Made by a program: the position numbers and the translations under genes
In this document: piece after piece, positions 49,201 to 62,420 of the stretch
Numbering within the stretch: the first letter of the stretch is position 1
Layout: every line of letters starts with the position of its first letter
Notes under the pieces: generated by a model
What the model was told of the DNA's origin: nothing
Seen by the model: the letters and a program-made list of their open reading frames with translations, nothing else
The model's database searches: none
Source of the DNA: Marsupella aquatica
Taxonomy: Eukaryota; Plantae; Marchantiophyta
Direction: 5' to 3'
Assembly: GCA_973895155.1 (NCBI GenBank)
Contig: OZ316891.1
Coordinates: 5,737,708 to 5,801,707, forward strand
DNA length: 64,000 nt

Positions 49201-50983
49201 CCTCCGGATGGACGCAGGGAGTATCATCGCGAGGTCCAAAGTCGTTTTCCATTTCCTGCTCACACGAAAATCCCTCAGCTGAGTTCACGTGAATGAAGTA
49301 CGATTGAACGAAACTCCCGAGACATCCATCCCTACTGGATAGTAAAACGCATGCACATGCCTCTGAGAACTAGAAGCAACTTGATTGATAAAAAGGATAC
49401 CAAATAAGAGCAATTCATCCAGAGACAAGGCTGATATGACGGGTAGCAGCAAGTCTACGTTCTTTCTATGACGTATCTAACCTATCGAATCTGCAGGGAA
49501 AATGGACACAAGAGGGAGAACCCGAACGAAGCGACTTTACGATCGTTCAGTGCTCTTACAAAGAAAGCTTCCTCTGGAGAACCTTCATCATCCTGAGCCC
49601 GTGAGGGTAGCATAAACCCGTCAAGGGAAGCGTTGTCGGAAAATTCAATCTGACTGGCAGACCGCCTCAGCGACCCCTGCCGTGTCCCCTTTTTCCGTGC
49701 AGAAACCGTGCTTGATTGTCCGAAATTGGCAGTGTGCCTACCACTCCTAGTGGTTTGGGTGGAGTATAACGATTCCGACTCGCTCTGGTAATTGTCGCGA
49801 CCTCGGGAGAAACCAGACAGGTCAACCTGACTCGTTGAACGTCTCAATGCACCTGCACGAGTACCCTTGGCCTTCCCAATTTGAGTGCTCGCTCCAGTGC
49901 GAGATGGTCCTAGTCCTGCAGACTGACGAGGCCGAGTGACGCGGGAGAACACAGATTCCGTGTCGCTCTGCGCATCAACTCTTCGACGAGGCTGGGCGAG
50001 GCGGCTAAAAACAGACTCCGTGTCGCTCTGCGCGTCAACAATTCGTCGAGCTCGGTCGAAGTGGGAGAACAGTGATTCCGTCTCGTTAAGAACATCCCCG
50101 TTTCCACGGGGCCGGGCGCGACGAGAGTACACAGATTCCGAGTCGCTCTGGGCATCGACATCTCGGCTAGTTCCAGAGGGAAGGTGTCGAGGGCGGCGGG
50201 GGGTGGCCTCTGCGTCTGCATCATTGGGGTCGTCAATGCAGCTTAAGAAATCCGCAATCTCTTTATAACTCCTTTCCACGCTCGGAGACCGCCGGGTGTC
50301 CTTTTTTTCCCTTGGGGTCTGCAGAGCCGCTTTGCGAGACGCCCCAATTCCCACATTTTGCATACTCCGATAAGTATGCCGGGAGTATATTGAATCTGCA
50401 TCACTCTTACCGTCGACAACAACAACATAGCACAGCGTGGAACGGTTCGTCAGTATGGTACAAGATAACTAGACACGGCACAATAATGGTTCCTTGCTTT
50501 TGTGCCAGGAATAAATATTTCATGGTCAGACTAGCAGTATGGTACAAGATAACTAGACACGGCACAATAATCGTTCCTTCCTTTTGTTCCAAAAATATAT
50601 TTCATGGTCAGACTAGCAAAAGGAAAGGGACTATTTTACAAAGGGGAAATGCAGGCAATTGCAAGAGTGCATTCTGATGGTACAATGCGTCGAAACAATC
50701 ACTTGGAAATTGGATGGAGGGAGGGCAAGGAACATACTTCGGAGTCGCAATCAGATTGATAGCGGGAAAAAGCTCGCTTCCCCTGTTGGAAGAGCGAATC
50801 CAAGTGGATACTGTTGGTGGCGTCATTAAAATCTGAGAAGCTCTGACTTCGCCTGTGACCGCGCTTGTTATTGGACGGCGTGCTTGGCTCAAACGGCACT
50901 GCATCTGGGTATGCTTTGCCGGATTCCTTTCTACCACCAATGGCGGACCTTTTCGAGGTTGATTTGAACGCCGAGACTGCCAT
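46227..50983 (-). CDS. Conserved plant coiled-coil protein of unknown function (resembles the Arabidopsis At5g50350-type family, from memory); multi-exon
   Basis: Ordered minus-strand exon fragments: MAVSAFKSTSKR (ATG 50983; exon to 50738); Ser/Arg-rich exon from 50405; EEKTIRAVHTQNK; YDAMRAEMRKAVSEIRSELEQ; VSEVRQEYAVKLEQ; SEKRAQDLWTQLATEERRCLDLVKFVKELLP; DAQRYFDECVS; DGLVLPWLQWET; RHRIMGGRILICG. Several internal exon boundaries were not resolved exactly. Confidence 0.8.
50451..50617. repeat. 84-bp tandem duplication in an intron
   Basis: CAGTATGGTACAAGATAACTAGACACGGCACAATAAT...TCATGGTCAGACTAGCA starts at 50451 and 50535. Confidence 0.9.
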
Positions 50984-53900
50984 TCCAAAAGGAAGATTTC
51001 GAACTTTCGCAAAGCAGCTGTAGCCAATCTTTTGGCACACCTAGAATAGAACAATTCTCGCGGTCCTCGTGGTAGAAAAGATGGCCACCCTGGAAAGAGT
51101 TGGATCACCTATACTTCGCGCGGGAGCTAATCCGAATCCAATCTTGTATGATATTTAACTTGCGTCTAATGACAACTGCCCTAACCTGCAATTAGGATTG
51201 CGATGTATTCATTTTAATCATCGAATCCGTATAGCTGAGTTTGCAAATAGTCGACAAATTCCTGCACTCTGCCTCAATCCAGCGCAAGTGACAACCAATT
51301 CAGTAGGTACTAGACGTTGGCTGGTAAATATGAGGTGTGTGGATCACCAGCATTGTCCAGGGAAGTAAGTCCTTGCTGCAATGTAATCCTTTCCTATCTC
51401 ATCTCCTCCAACTAAAGACCTCTGGTGCGAGGTTTTAAATCTCATCTCATCGAACTAAGACCTGAAGCGGGAGTACGTCCGAGAGTCCGAGTATGTCTGC
51501 ACCTCCTTACAAAGTAACAAATGGTCTGTCTCCGACCAAAGCGGGACGAAAACGGATCCTGTTGCGAAATTTAGCAACGGATGAAAGTTTGCATCTCAGA
51601 GGTATGATTCACAGGTGAGCCAACGAATGGCAAGGCTGAATGAATGTACGCAGAGCCTGCCCTCTCTAGCCCGTCGGCGGTAATCACCAATGTCTCTGTC
51701 TTTCAGTCGCACAAGAATATTCAAATTCGTGGATGGACACTGAACTTTAATTCCACATCCTCTTCATTTGGAAAAATCCATTGGCCGCTGTTACGAGGAA
51801 TGTCCGAGAGATCAACCAGCTTTCTGCATTGCACACCAGACCCGAGATCCTTGTCCCGATGTAATCCCGCAGTATTGGCGCAACGGCAAAGATCTGCATA
51901 TACGCACGATAGAAAGCGACTTTGTTAAATTTGCAAGGACACCATAGAAATCGACTTGCTCTGAAGTCGAGACAGGATCTCTTAATGTTGCTGTCCCAGA
52001 GGCAGAAGAAAAGTAGGGCTATGCCACTCTCCCGCCGTCATCCCAGCTCGGGAGCTAAACTTATTGTTGGACTACTTAAGAGGTTAGTCTTTCATTCCAC
52101 CTCTGTCAGTGCCCTTCGCTATTCACGAATCCCCCATACGATCACCATCCTCTATCGCTTCGATAGTCGATCACAAGTGTAGTGGTGCCCTTGCTCTTTG
52201 CTGTAGCAGCTCACTCAATGCAGGCTCCTTCGCAAAGAATTGCCTCAACGGAAATCATCAAGGCAGTGGATGACATCAGGCAGCGAATATCGTTAAGCAT
52301 CTCCCGTGTCAAGCGGCATACATCTATCCACAACCCTGCCTGCCAGCTCACATACGCGGTGATGGATGCCCCTCTCTGCTGGTCTAGCCGCCAGCCAGAC
52401 CACCGACACACACAACTCAACCCTGCACCAAACCGAAATTCCGATTTCCGTGTGCAGCTCGGAAGGAACACGATTCCAAAACGCCAAGAAAAATCCAGCG
52501 AAATATTGTCACAACCACCACAATCACTCGATCCACCTCCGTCTGTCACTCCCAGTGACTCTGTAGTCCTTCGGCCCGCCTCAACTCCTCCTACAGAAAG
52601 ACGCAGCACCGAGCACCAACATCGCAAGCAACCATCGGCAGCATAATCTCCCGTTTCATGATTCCTTCAGCGTCGTCCACAAAGTCATTCACCTCGGCTG
52701 GTCTCGTTTCGTCTCGTCTCCTCTGTCTCCTGCAGTGCAACCGCAGCAACAGCAACATAAGACACTCCGAGGACAATCTCTAGATTTCCGCCTAAGCATG
52801 CCATCTCTCTCTATCCCTCTCCACCCCCACCACCAAACCAAACCAAAACCACCCACGCACACAGACACAGTACCTACCGCTTTTCCTTCACGATCGCTGC
52901 CCCGCACCTTGCTTCCAACGGCAACAGCCCGGGTCATACATCCACAAACATTCTCGATTCGCTCTTTCCGAGGTTCTTCGGATGCAGAGTCATAACACTC
53001 CACACTGTTCGTTCGCCTTGTCTGCCACCAGCAGAAGATGCCGATTGTTCGACCCCGTCTCCCCGCCTCTCGCGGCTCGCTCGACAGAGTAGTACAATCT
53101 TCATTGAAGAAGAGAAGGATCGTCGTCATTCGCTCGCCATAGTAGAAGGGTGGGAAGAAAAAAGATGGTATTGCAGTAGTGTTCCAGAACGAAGGAGCTT
53201 CCCCCTCGTCGGATCTCGAAGCAAGCGCCGGCCCCTCCTCCCCTCCCCCACGGCCCCGCCTGGCCACCTGGCGGCCACCACCCGCACGCCCGGTCCCCCC
53301 GAGTCTGGCCTTCCTTCCTTCCTTCCTCGGCCAAGCGCTCGTTGTCCGCTCCCCTCCGCGCTGTGCGGGTTTCAAACTCGAGCTCAGGAGTACTCTGGAA
53401 ACTCTTGTACAGAACAAAGGTTACTCCAAGTATGTTTTACTCGTCCGATAAGTTTTTTGAGCCTATAACTCTATAAACTTATAGTTCGGAGATTTATTTG
53501 ATTAACCTCCAAAACAATTTGATGGATCCCTGAAATGAGAAGTGATAGTTGATGGAACCATGAATGATCCAAAGCATTGATAGACCTTAATCAAATCAAT
53601 TGAGGTAGATATGCCCAAAACCTGGTGGGGTTGGTTGGGAATCAAACTTTAGTCTGGGGTCCATCAAACAAATATCTCATTTGTAATTGGATAATTGTTT
53701 TTGGATGTGACAGAAATTACACGTGGAAATGGATGACTGTGGGGTTCAAATGTGGTGGGACATTGAGCTGTGAAATTGGGCAAATTGAGTTTTTCATTAG
53801 GGTTTCTAAAGAACGCAACTTCCAATAGATAATTTCAATTAATAGTGCAATTCCATTAAAGATCTTTATTGCTGTGTATTGTAGTACCATTTCTACACCT

Positions 53901-55160
53901 CAAGTCAAGTGTAATCTTTTTACTCAAGTTACATAACCCTGCCTAATTGCACTGTAGTGAAACTGTAACAAAGGAGCTTCTTCCCTTTTTCCCTGATGCA
54001 AATTACATGAGTGCACAAAGATGCTCCCTAAACGACAAATTAATAAGTACAATAAATCTGTAAGTGTCAATGCGCTCTAATCTGTACAAGCAAAACCACA
54101 ATGGAAAACTGTGTACAGTTTCTAATCACTATAAAGGGTTTAGGCATAGAGTAAAAATTGCACTTACATATATATGACAGAGTTTAGGGGTGACGTTCCC
54201 AATGTGATCACGTGTTTGATGTGAAGCCCATTCTTGTACCTAGGGCCCTGTAATGCTATCCGAGAAGGACCTGCTTTTCACTTTGTGTTCCCACTAGCTC
54301 TGACCTGTGGCAATGGCACAGAACCTGGATAAATTGATTTAAATTTCCAAGACACAATAACTTGTTTAGTTTAGCAAGTTTTAATTTCAAGTATGTATGT
54401 CGATTTTACTACAATTATGTCAGTTTTTAGTTTTTATTAGTGATCCATCCTGCAATCCATAGCTCCATGGATCAGAAAACATTTTGCCTGGCCATCCCTA
54501 GCGAATATACAAAACACTTCAAAGAACAAAGGCGGCATACTTGGGGACAGGATAGCAAAGACAAGAAACCCAATAAAGGGGAGAAACAAGGTAAGAAATT
54601 TGGGAAGGCTGAGGAAATAAATATTAAAAACCTAAGAGTCCCATACAATGGCCAATGAGTGAGAACATAGCCCTGCTAAGCACCATGTTGAAAAGCCACT
54701 TCCCGTGGTTTCCTACCGTAGGGAAACCACTTCCCAACCCGTATTTGAGAAATTTTGTTTGACTCGACACTGCGTGCACCCATTCCCTAGCTTATTGCCA
54801 AAGGTTTATATTTGGGAGAACAACAATGTAAAGGGAAAGTGCCTCTGAACAAGTTGGCCAATTAACTTGCAAAGCAGGAAAACCCCTGAGTTCTACACTA
54901 GTTTTCTTATATAGTTCCTACGACTGCCACGTGTGCTTACTTACGGTGCACAACACATTCGACCCACTTGAAGAAGATGGCATAGACCTCATATTTGATA
55001 AAGCAACAGAGCAGGGTAGGATTGAAATTGAGACCTCCTGGTCACAAGTCATCACTACCCACCTGAGCTGACCTCTAGGCACCACTCAATCAGTTTAATG
55101 GGAATTTTTTGCTTGCCCATTCTGCAACCAATATCCACAGAAGCTTTGACATTGCTTTTG

Positions 55161-55245
55161 GCATCAGGATCGGGTTTTAGACTATCTGCATCAGGATCGG
55201 GTTTTAGACTATCTGCATCAGGATCGGGTTTTAGACTATCTGCAG
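55161..55245. repeat. 27-bp tandem repeat x3
   Basis: GCATCAGGATCGGGTTTTAGACTATCT repeated three times. Confidence 0.92.
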
Positions 55246-55466
55246 CCACTTCTACTCATTGCATCAAATTAGTCGAGCATGGTTTGGCTACTGAATTTTT
55301 CAAACTGGGTCCAAGACTCTAGTTCGGGACAATCAAGTATGTGCATACCAAGTGTGAAAAGTTAATAGTTGTATCTTAAAATTACAATGCATTGCTACAA
55401 ATAATTTCTTTAATATTTCTTCTTTTAAATAAATCTGAGTTCATGGATAAAGCATAAATTTCTTTT

Positions 55467-55625
55467 CGGACCCCACTAGAGGTCCCTTCCAAAATTCCTG
55501 GCACCACAGCGTGCCACATCAACAACAATCGCAACAAACAAAACTTGTCAGTTTTGTGAATCAAATTTATAGTTTTCATTCGTGTTTGTATCAATTTGGG
55601 TGTAAATTTTGGGACGCCGTGTTGT
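55467..55625 (+). repeat. Long TIR-like dispersed repeat, copy 3
   Basis: CGGACCCCACTAGAGGTCCCTTCCAAAATTCCTGGCACCACAGCGTGCCAC is identical to the start of copy 1 (6796), then progressively diverges. Confidence 0.75.
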
Positions 55626-58600
55626 AAAAAGAAAAGTAAAAACATTAGAAATGCAAAGAGCAAGACGGTTAAAACTGTCACTATGTAACCATTTTAGTTA
55701 CATTTCTAATTTTAAAACTTAAATTTAAAGATTTATAAAAAGTATTTTTCATATAATAAATAATGACTAATAACTAACTTAATCATTTCCTTGTTAAACC
55801 GTAACTCCCGGTATGTAAGGACCTCTCGTATTGTACGGCCATTAATGTTGGGAAGAGCACATAAAAACCTAGGATCGGGGAGGAGGAATGGCTTGGAAAA
55901 CAAAATCGACGGCTATGAAGGCTTGGATTTGTTTAATTTTTCATTTGAAAAATATTAATTCGTTTGCAAAACGGACAGAATCCATTCATAGATCTATTTG
56001 AGATCTTTCTTTTGAGCCATAGATTGACCAATATGATGGACGAACAAGATTTCCGAAAATAAGAAATGGAGATGACTCAGATCGGTTCCCCCTGATTTTA
56101 TTAGCCAAGAGATCCACAAACTAATTTGGTAGGGGTCCATCAAACATATATTTTTATAAATAATTGACAATATATCTCATAAATATATTGTAAAGAGAAT
56201 TTTGTTCTAAGAATAAAATTTTCATTAAATATTTATATCTTGAGCGAATCTAATCGTCCAGATTACCTGGTCGTGATATTCAAAAACCTGCATCACCGCG
56301 CTGAACTGCACACCGCGCCTGCCGACGTCTCTATATTTGTGTGGCCCCCGGGCCGGCCCCTCCCGCTCCTTGGCTGTCTGGCCCTATCTCGTGACCTGAG
56401 GCCTGGGCCCGTGGGCCGTGCCGTCGGCGGTACCAAAAATAAATCCAGGCGGCCCTACAGTCATGCGACCTGTACTGGTGTCTGGGTCAGGTTCCCCATA
56501 ATTATTCGCCGTGCAAGACTCTTCCGGTGCCAGCAGGTCAATATACGGTATCACCGGTGCCAGCAAGTCAAGATACTATCAGTCATGCTGTCGTAATAAG
56601 TGATTCTCTGTTTCGAAGTATTTCTCATTCTGATTTTAGACCGCCGATTCTTTGTGTGTTGCTCCGTCAGATCTCATCCGGCAGAAAACTCTCCTCGTGG
56701 CAGACCGGAGTGCTGCTTTCACTGGTCACTGACATCGTTTTCAAAAAAGACTCTTACAGTCTTACTGGAACTCTGGAAGAGTGTATAGCGAGACGCGGAG
56801 TACACATGAAGTGTAAACGAGTTTAAATGCCTGCCCTTATTAAAGTACATCTGGGTTCATGATGTAAAACAGAGTCCCACCCCAAGGTGGCAAGGTCCCA
56901 CTGGGAAGTGTACTTTGCTGCGAAAGTCAGGTACAATAGCTCTTGTTCAATTTTTAGTAACTAGACTAATCTGAATGCCCAAAGTTTGATCATAGATAAA
57001 TGGCGAGTACCACCATGCTGGTTTCAAGTTCCACCTCAACGTTGCTTAAGCCCTTGTCATGGTCTGGTGGTTTCACTCTCGATCATAGATATGTACTCTA
57101 CAGTAGCTCCCATCCAGATTTTATTGTATAGATTGGAAACAAATTATTTTTGCAGGATAAGAGAGTTCTCCATCTAAAAGAGACCCAAAAAATGGCTCCA
57201 CCGGTAACATTTTTTCTGCTCTATTTACAGTAAACGTCCCTCAAAAATAAAACCGATGCTCTTCTCTTTTTCATTTGTAGGAATTTGGGGTTGCATTTGC
57301 CCTCCACCGGTAACATTTTTTCTGTTCTATGTACTGTAAAAGTAGTGGAGCAGAGAACCAATAATGCATTCGGAAAGCCTATAATTTATCTATAGCAACA
57401 AGCACCCCTTTGGACCACACCACAATACAAAATGGCCGACCTCTATATTTATGTTTCAACTGTGCCCATCCTTATTGCAAGCACTATCGAATTGAGTTTC
57501 CATACTTTGGGGAGAGTTTTATCACTGATATCAGCTCATCAGCAATATTTCAATATCTATCGTCCAGCTATCACCCATCTATTTTGTTTTGGTCTGATTC
57601 ATCAAATGCTTCCAGAGTTTTTTAGTTGTGAAGTTTAAGGGATATCCATCCAAAATGGAATCCTGTCATCTGTTCTGAAATGTAATGCCGATATGAACAT
57701 GTTGTGATAGGAAGGGGGGGGGGGGATATAAAATCCACCCCTTTCTCCCCCAAAATTCATCCAAGTTTTATAGATCCATTCCAAACAGACCTACCTGGGC
57801 CACTTACACTCTTCTTACTTCCGAGTACACAATTGCAATATTGAATACACATTCTCCCCAAAGAAATTTGTCAATTCTGCAGGAGAGCTTCAAGTGCATG
57901 GCGGGTGGTAGTACCTCAAAGCGTCACTGTACTTCGAAGAAAAACCTGGTGGATCCAAATAAATAAAATGAGTTCAAAACAATTTTAAAAATGTTATATT
58001 TTATCGTCCCCTAACCTGGTGGACACTGGTGGTTTTAGCCTTCAATATAGACTTCGTGTTTTTTTTAATCTCGAACCGTAACTTTCCTCAGTAGGTAGGC
58101 TTTGAGTTTGGCCATCTAGATCATTTATTCCTTTTGCTGAGGACTTCGCTTTTTGCCATGCCCTGACTACTTTTCGGCTTTGCTGCCCTTTTCCCGGCTA
58201 GTCTAGTCCACGGAAGTAATTCCGCGCCCAACTACAAAAACGTGCCAGGCGTTTGAAATTTGAATTGTAGTGGGTAGCTAGCATAGGTACAATAATTATT
58301 GTTGGGCTGGACAATAGATTGCACTTGTCTCGTGCTCTGAGAAATGCTTGTGGGACCCAAAATTCCTTTAGTAGTTTAGTATCTGAATTTCTCAAGCAGG
58401 AAAAGTTATTCTATTAAAAATAAAGATAAAATTGAAAGGGGAAATGTGGAGAGGGACCCTCTCACTTGGGAAAACCTCTTTTAGGGGGGCTTTGCAAGAA
58501 CTAGAGGGAGGACGCTCCTTCCTTTTCTAGACTAATATTTCACCCCAGCCCCAACAGGTGTTAGCGTGACAGGATGTTTGTCACTGGAGAAGAGTTCTAC

Positions 58601-60291
58601 CTGTAGCTGCTGTTTTATCTCAACTTTTCTTGAGCCTACATGATAGTTGGTGGGTCCCAATAAGTATCCACATGTAGTCATGTACGCTACATTGGTGGCC
58701 AAGTTTAGACCACCTGGCACCTGGCTGCTCACTCTCGATTGCATTCCTGACACTGGCCCATTCGTCCTTCATCCACTTGGAAGCCTAGATGGCTGAAAGT
58801 GGCTCTCTTGTTCTGGCTTTTTAGTCCAGTTATGTCTACTCTTGAAAGCACATCACATCACATGAGCTATCTAAATGGTATTCCACATCCTCACATTTGC
58901 CTACTGCTAGTCCAGTGCATGAGGGTTGGGGAGTGAAAAGTTGCTCCGATGAGTAAATAACATGAACAAATGCAATGAACCTCTAAAATTGCAAACTACT
59001 GTCATGAATTCCATTTATAGATAATTGGGCTCAGCTCAATTTTGGATTCAAATTGCACTATGAAGGAGTTGATAATTGCATAAGTTCAATTCTGAGTGTC
59101 ATTGACAGCAGCGAGTCAAACTCATAGTAATGCACTACAAATGCAATGACCTCTACAATTGCAATTCATACAGTGAACTCCAGTGTTTGACAATCACTAG
59201 AATCTCAAATTTTTACTCAAATTGAGAGGAATATCTGCATATTACATATTACATCTCACGCATGCTATGCCTGTTTTGGGAAAAAGAAATCAAAAATAAA
59301 AGAAGGAATACCTGCATAACGTTGGGGTGGGCCAAGTGCCACAAAAATCCAGTGAGGATGGAAAATTTCAGTGCCGTGAAATAGGATAAGTGCATGAGTT
59401 GATTTTATGGTCTCTAGACAAATTCTCTTCATAATCCTTAGCTTGCTCCAAAGCTTTACCAGCCTGTTTCTCTTTATTTCTTAGTGGTACTTTAGGAAGG
59501 GAAAAAAAAAACCTCCATGACTTGGTTTTAGGACAAGTTACTCTTTCTGACTCTCCCATGTAGTACTTTTACCAGGCTTTCCAGTTTATTGCTCAGTAAG
59601 ACTTAAAGTCCTTTGCCATAGTGGTGGACTCTTAGTGGGGTTTTCCCCTTATTTTCTCCCCTCTATTAGGGGGTCTCAAATATAGACCTGATTTGGTCTT
59701 TTGCTGGTGAGGTCAACCAGTGCAGAGACTTTTTGAGTTCATTTTTTTGGGTCCTGAAACAGCCAGGTCATGGTCAAGGGAGCTGATCATCCAAACTGAT
59801 GTATATGTTTATGGTCCTGATATGCTCCTTAATGGAGCATACGGGGCGACCAAATGCCAACCCATAGGAGCGGGGAGGCGTATGGGAGCCCCAATGCTCC
59901 ATTTAGGAGCAATGAAAGACCCTAAATATACGTTAAGTGGTTGTACCTTGGATCAACGGTTGGGATTCATCGATCTGGTGCAATTGCGTATACAAGCGCT
60001 ACTTCTGACCCCGCCGCGGCTGGAGAGGCACCCATATCTCGAGGAGTCACGGCCTTTCATTCAAACTTCAACGTCCCAGATGATGTCAGAACCGTTTCAT
60101 GTTCATCCAACGGTGCAGATTGGTAGGGTTACTGGTTGGACGTGACACTGTTTACTTAGTCTGAGCAAGTGCTGCACCAAAGCCATTTCACACTCCCCTT
60201 TTCTGTGACGCCGTGAGGCTGCTGAGTTTGAGATTGGGTGCTAGGAGTTTTTCTGTGAACCAGCTTGACAGCTGTGCAGATTTGTCGGGCC

Positions 60292-60510
60292 CTGTGTTTT
60301 CTCCCTCAGGACGTTTGTTACTCGATGTGTTTTCTCCCTCTGGACATTTGTTACTTGACGTTTGCATTTTGTCTTTTTCTGGTGAAATTTCTACATGATG
60401 CGTTTGTCTTTTGTGCTCTTTTCTCTCAAAGCTTCTGCACGCACTCGTCTTCTGCGTGTTTTCTGCATGCACTCATCTTCTGCGTGTTTTCTGCATGCAC
60501 TCATCTTCTG
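60292..60510. repeat. Short tandem duplications (~33-bp x2 and 27-bp x~2.5)
   Basis: 'tgtgttttctccctc.ggac.tttgttact.ga' occurs twice, followed by 'cactc.tcttctgcgtgttttctgcatg' repeated. Confidence 0.75.
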
Positions 60511-61439
60511 CAATTTATTGTGTGCAATTACCATGACTGTTGATTTTCTAACGTGGCCTACCTTCAGTGTTGTCTTTTGTTGTCCAGAGTCAACGACAAA
60601 GATTGACGACCTCTCGTGAGAATGCTTTAGAATTCTTGTACTAAGAATGTAATGTTGGATGAAGCGGCTCTCCTTGCTACATTATCTAGTATTTTTATGC
60701 CTACTTACTTCTGCAAACCACTACCTCGCGTTGTATTTTTACTCTGCTGTATAACGTTTGTGTAAGAATGCGCTTGGGCTACAGTGTAGTGTACTAACTT
60801 CACTGCTACGGATTGTGTTTTTATGGGGCTGTGCTCAAACTGACTTATGCATCACTTATGTACATTTTGCCATGTGCTTATTGGTCAGTCCTCATTTTTC
60901 AGTTAACTCAAAACGAAAAGGGATGCTTCGTCAACCCTCCTAAAACATCCCAACTGAAGGTTTTTTTGACTGGTTTCTTGCATTTGTTTTGACTGTAAAC
61001 TTTCTTGATGAAGGTGGAAGGCATTTGTGGTCCTTCAACTCTACATTGCTCGGGGTCATAGTTTGACTTCATTCAATCCTTCCCTTGAGTGAATGGATTT
61101 TATTCACTATAGAACCGGATCGAGGCATCATTGTAGCCAACTGATCTCCTGCTTATGACCTGAATGATGAAGCAGATGTTGCTCGACAGATTGCCCCATC
61201 TTTCAGCTTTTAAATGTCTTCAATGACTTCGACATACACAACATCGTCTGGAATAGTGTTTTCATCCGACGCTGAATCATATACTTGTTTAGAGTCAGAT
61301 ATACACAACCTGAATGGAGACCCCGATATGAATGGAGACCCCAATATTATTGCCCTTGAATCAATGTCCTTGCAACTGCTAACAGTCAATCTTCCAAAAG
61401 ATTCTTCATGTGAGTTTCTTCCTGAAGATCAGCAGTTTC

Positions 61440-62420
61440 AACACACCCTTGCTGAGGGTGGCAGTAATCCAAGTGCTGCGGTTGATCAATGGGCAGTGAA
61501 TCACCTTAACAAATTTTGTGAGTTCAAGGGGTTTGACATTGCCATTTTGTTCGAGGAAATACCTGGTTGAGACTGTGTAATGCTGCTCACCAAGTTTTTT
61601 GAGCAAGTTTGCAAGAAAGACGGTGACCTCTATCCCTCTCAAACCCTGATGGGACTGTATCGCGCCTTCCATTGCATTCTCAGGAAGAAACATGAGAGAT
61701 GCGTCATCGAAACAGGTAAGGAAGAGCCAGTGTTTGACATGAGATCTTCCCCTCTCTTCAAACTAGTGGCTATTGCATGTGTTTTGGCTATTTAGCAGTC
61801 AAAGAAGGCAAGTGCAAACCTGCCAAGAAAGAAGGCCTTGATAGTCACCTTTGTTGACAAAGCTACTATTCTGGCTCATTCGAGCACTTCAGTCACGCAT
61901 TCCAGAGGCCTACAGTGAAGGGTAGTCTTCTTTTCACTAAATTGATTTGGTATTCGTAGCGGGAAAGAAATCTACAATCTCAAGAAGTGTGATTTCATGT
62001 TTGGAGATGATGTGCATGGTAGTTTTGTTAAAAACTATGAGAGACTTAGCAAGAAATATCGAATAGGCATGGATCGTTACATACCAAGCATAGCACTTCA
62101 GGCCCGCTGTGATTAACTATGACTTCGATGTATTTGAAATGCTCAAGATGTTGATTCATCGCCTTCCAATAGGTGCCATATTTCTTTTTTACCAATGCAT
62201 CAATCATGCAAGAATGCATGCTTGGTATTCAACTTTGAGACTTAGTGAGAAAACATTGGGTTCATATCTTGAGGTTTTGCACCAAGAGGCAGGACTAGGC
62301 ACAACCGGTGTATCCAACAAGACAGGGTGCACAACTTGCATCTTGCGGATGGGTGCTGAGTGTGTCCTTCCGATACTCGGGATGAAGATTTCTGGTCACA
62401 ATATGATCGTAGATGTGCCA
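61440..62420 (+). pseudogene. Decayed DUF3504 / Crypton-type tyrosine-recombinase-like ORF
   Basis: Fragments in order: LLTKFFEQVCKKDGDLYPSQTLMGLY (SAM-like N-part, cf. 'RKKDGEEYEP.SL'); RGLQ*RVVFFSLN*FGIRSGKEIYNL (catalytic-Arg region); WYSTLRLSEKTLGSYL...AGLGTTGVSNKTGCTTCILRM...GMKISGH (cf. TNHSLR...TGH). Multiple stops and frameshifts. Confidence 0.7.

Noticed and set aside
52182-53451. Several 90-240-aa ORFs in a GC-rich stretch
   Set aside because: Low-complexity translations with no recognisable domain; more likely the promoter or 5' UTR region upstream of the minus-strand gene.
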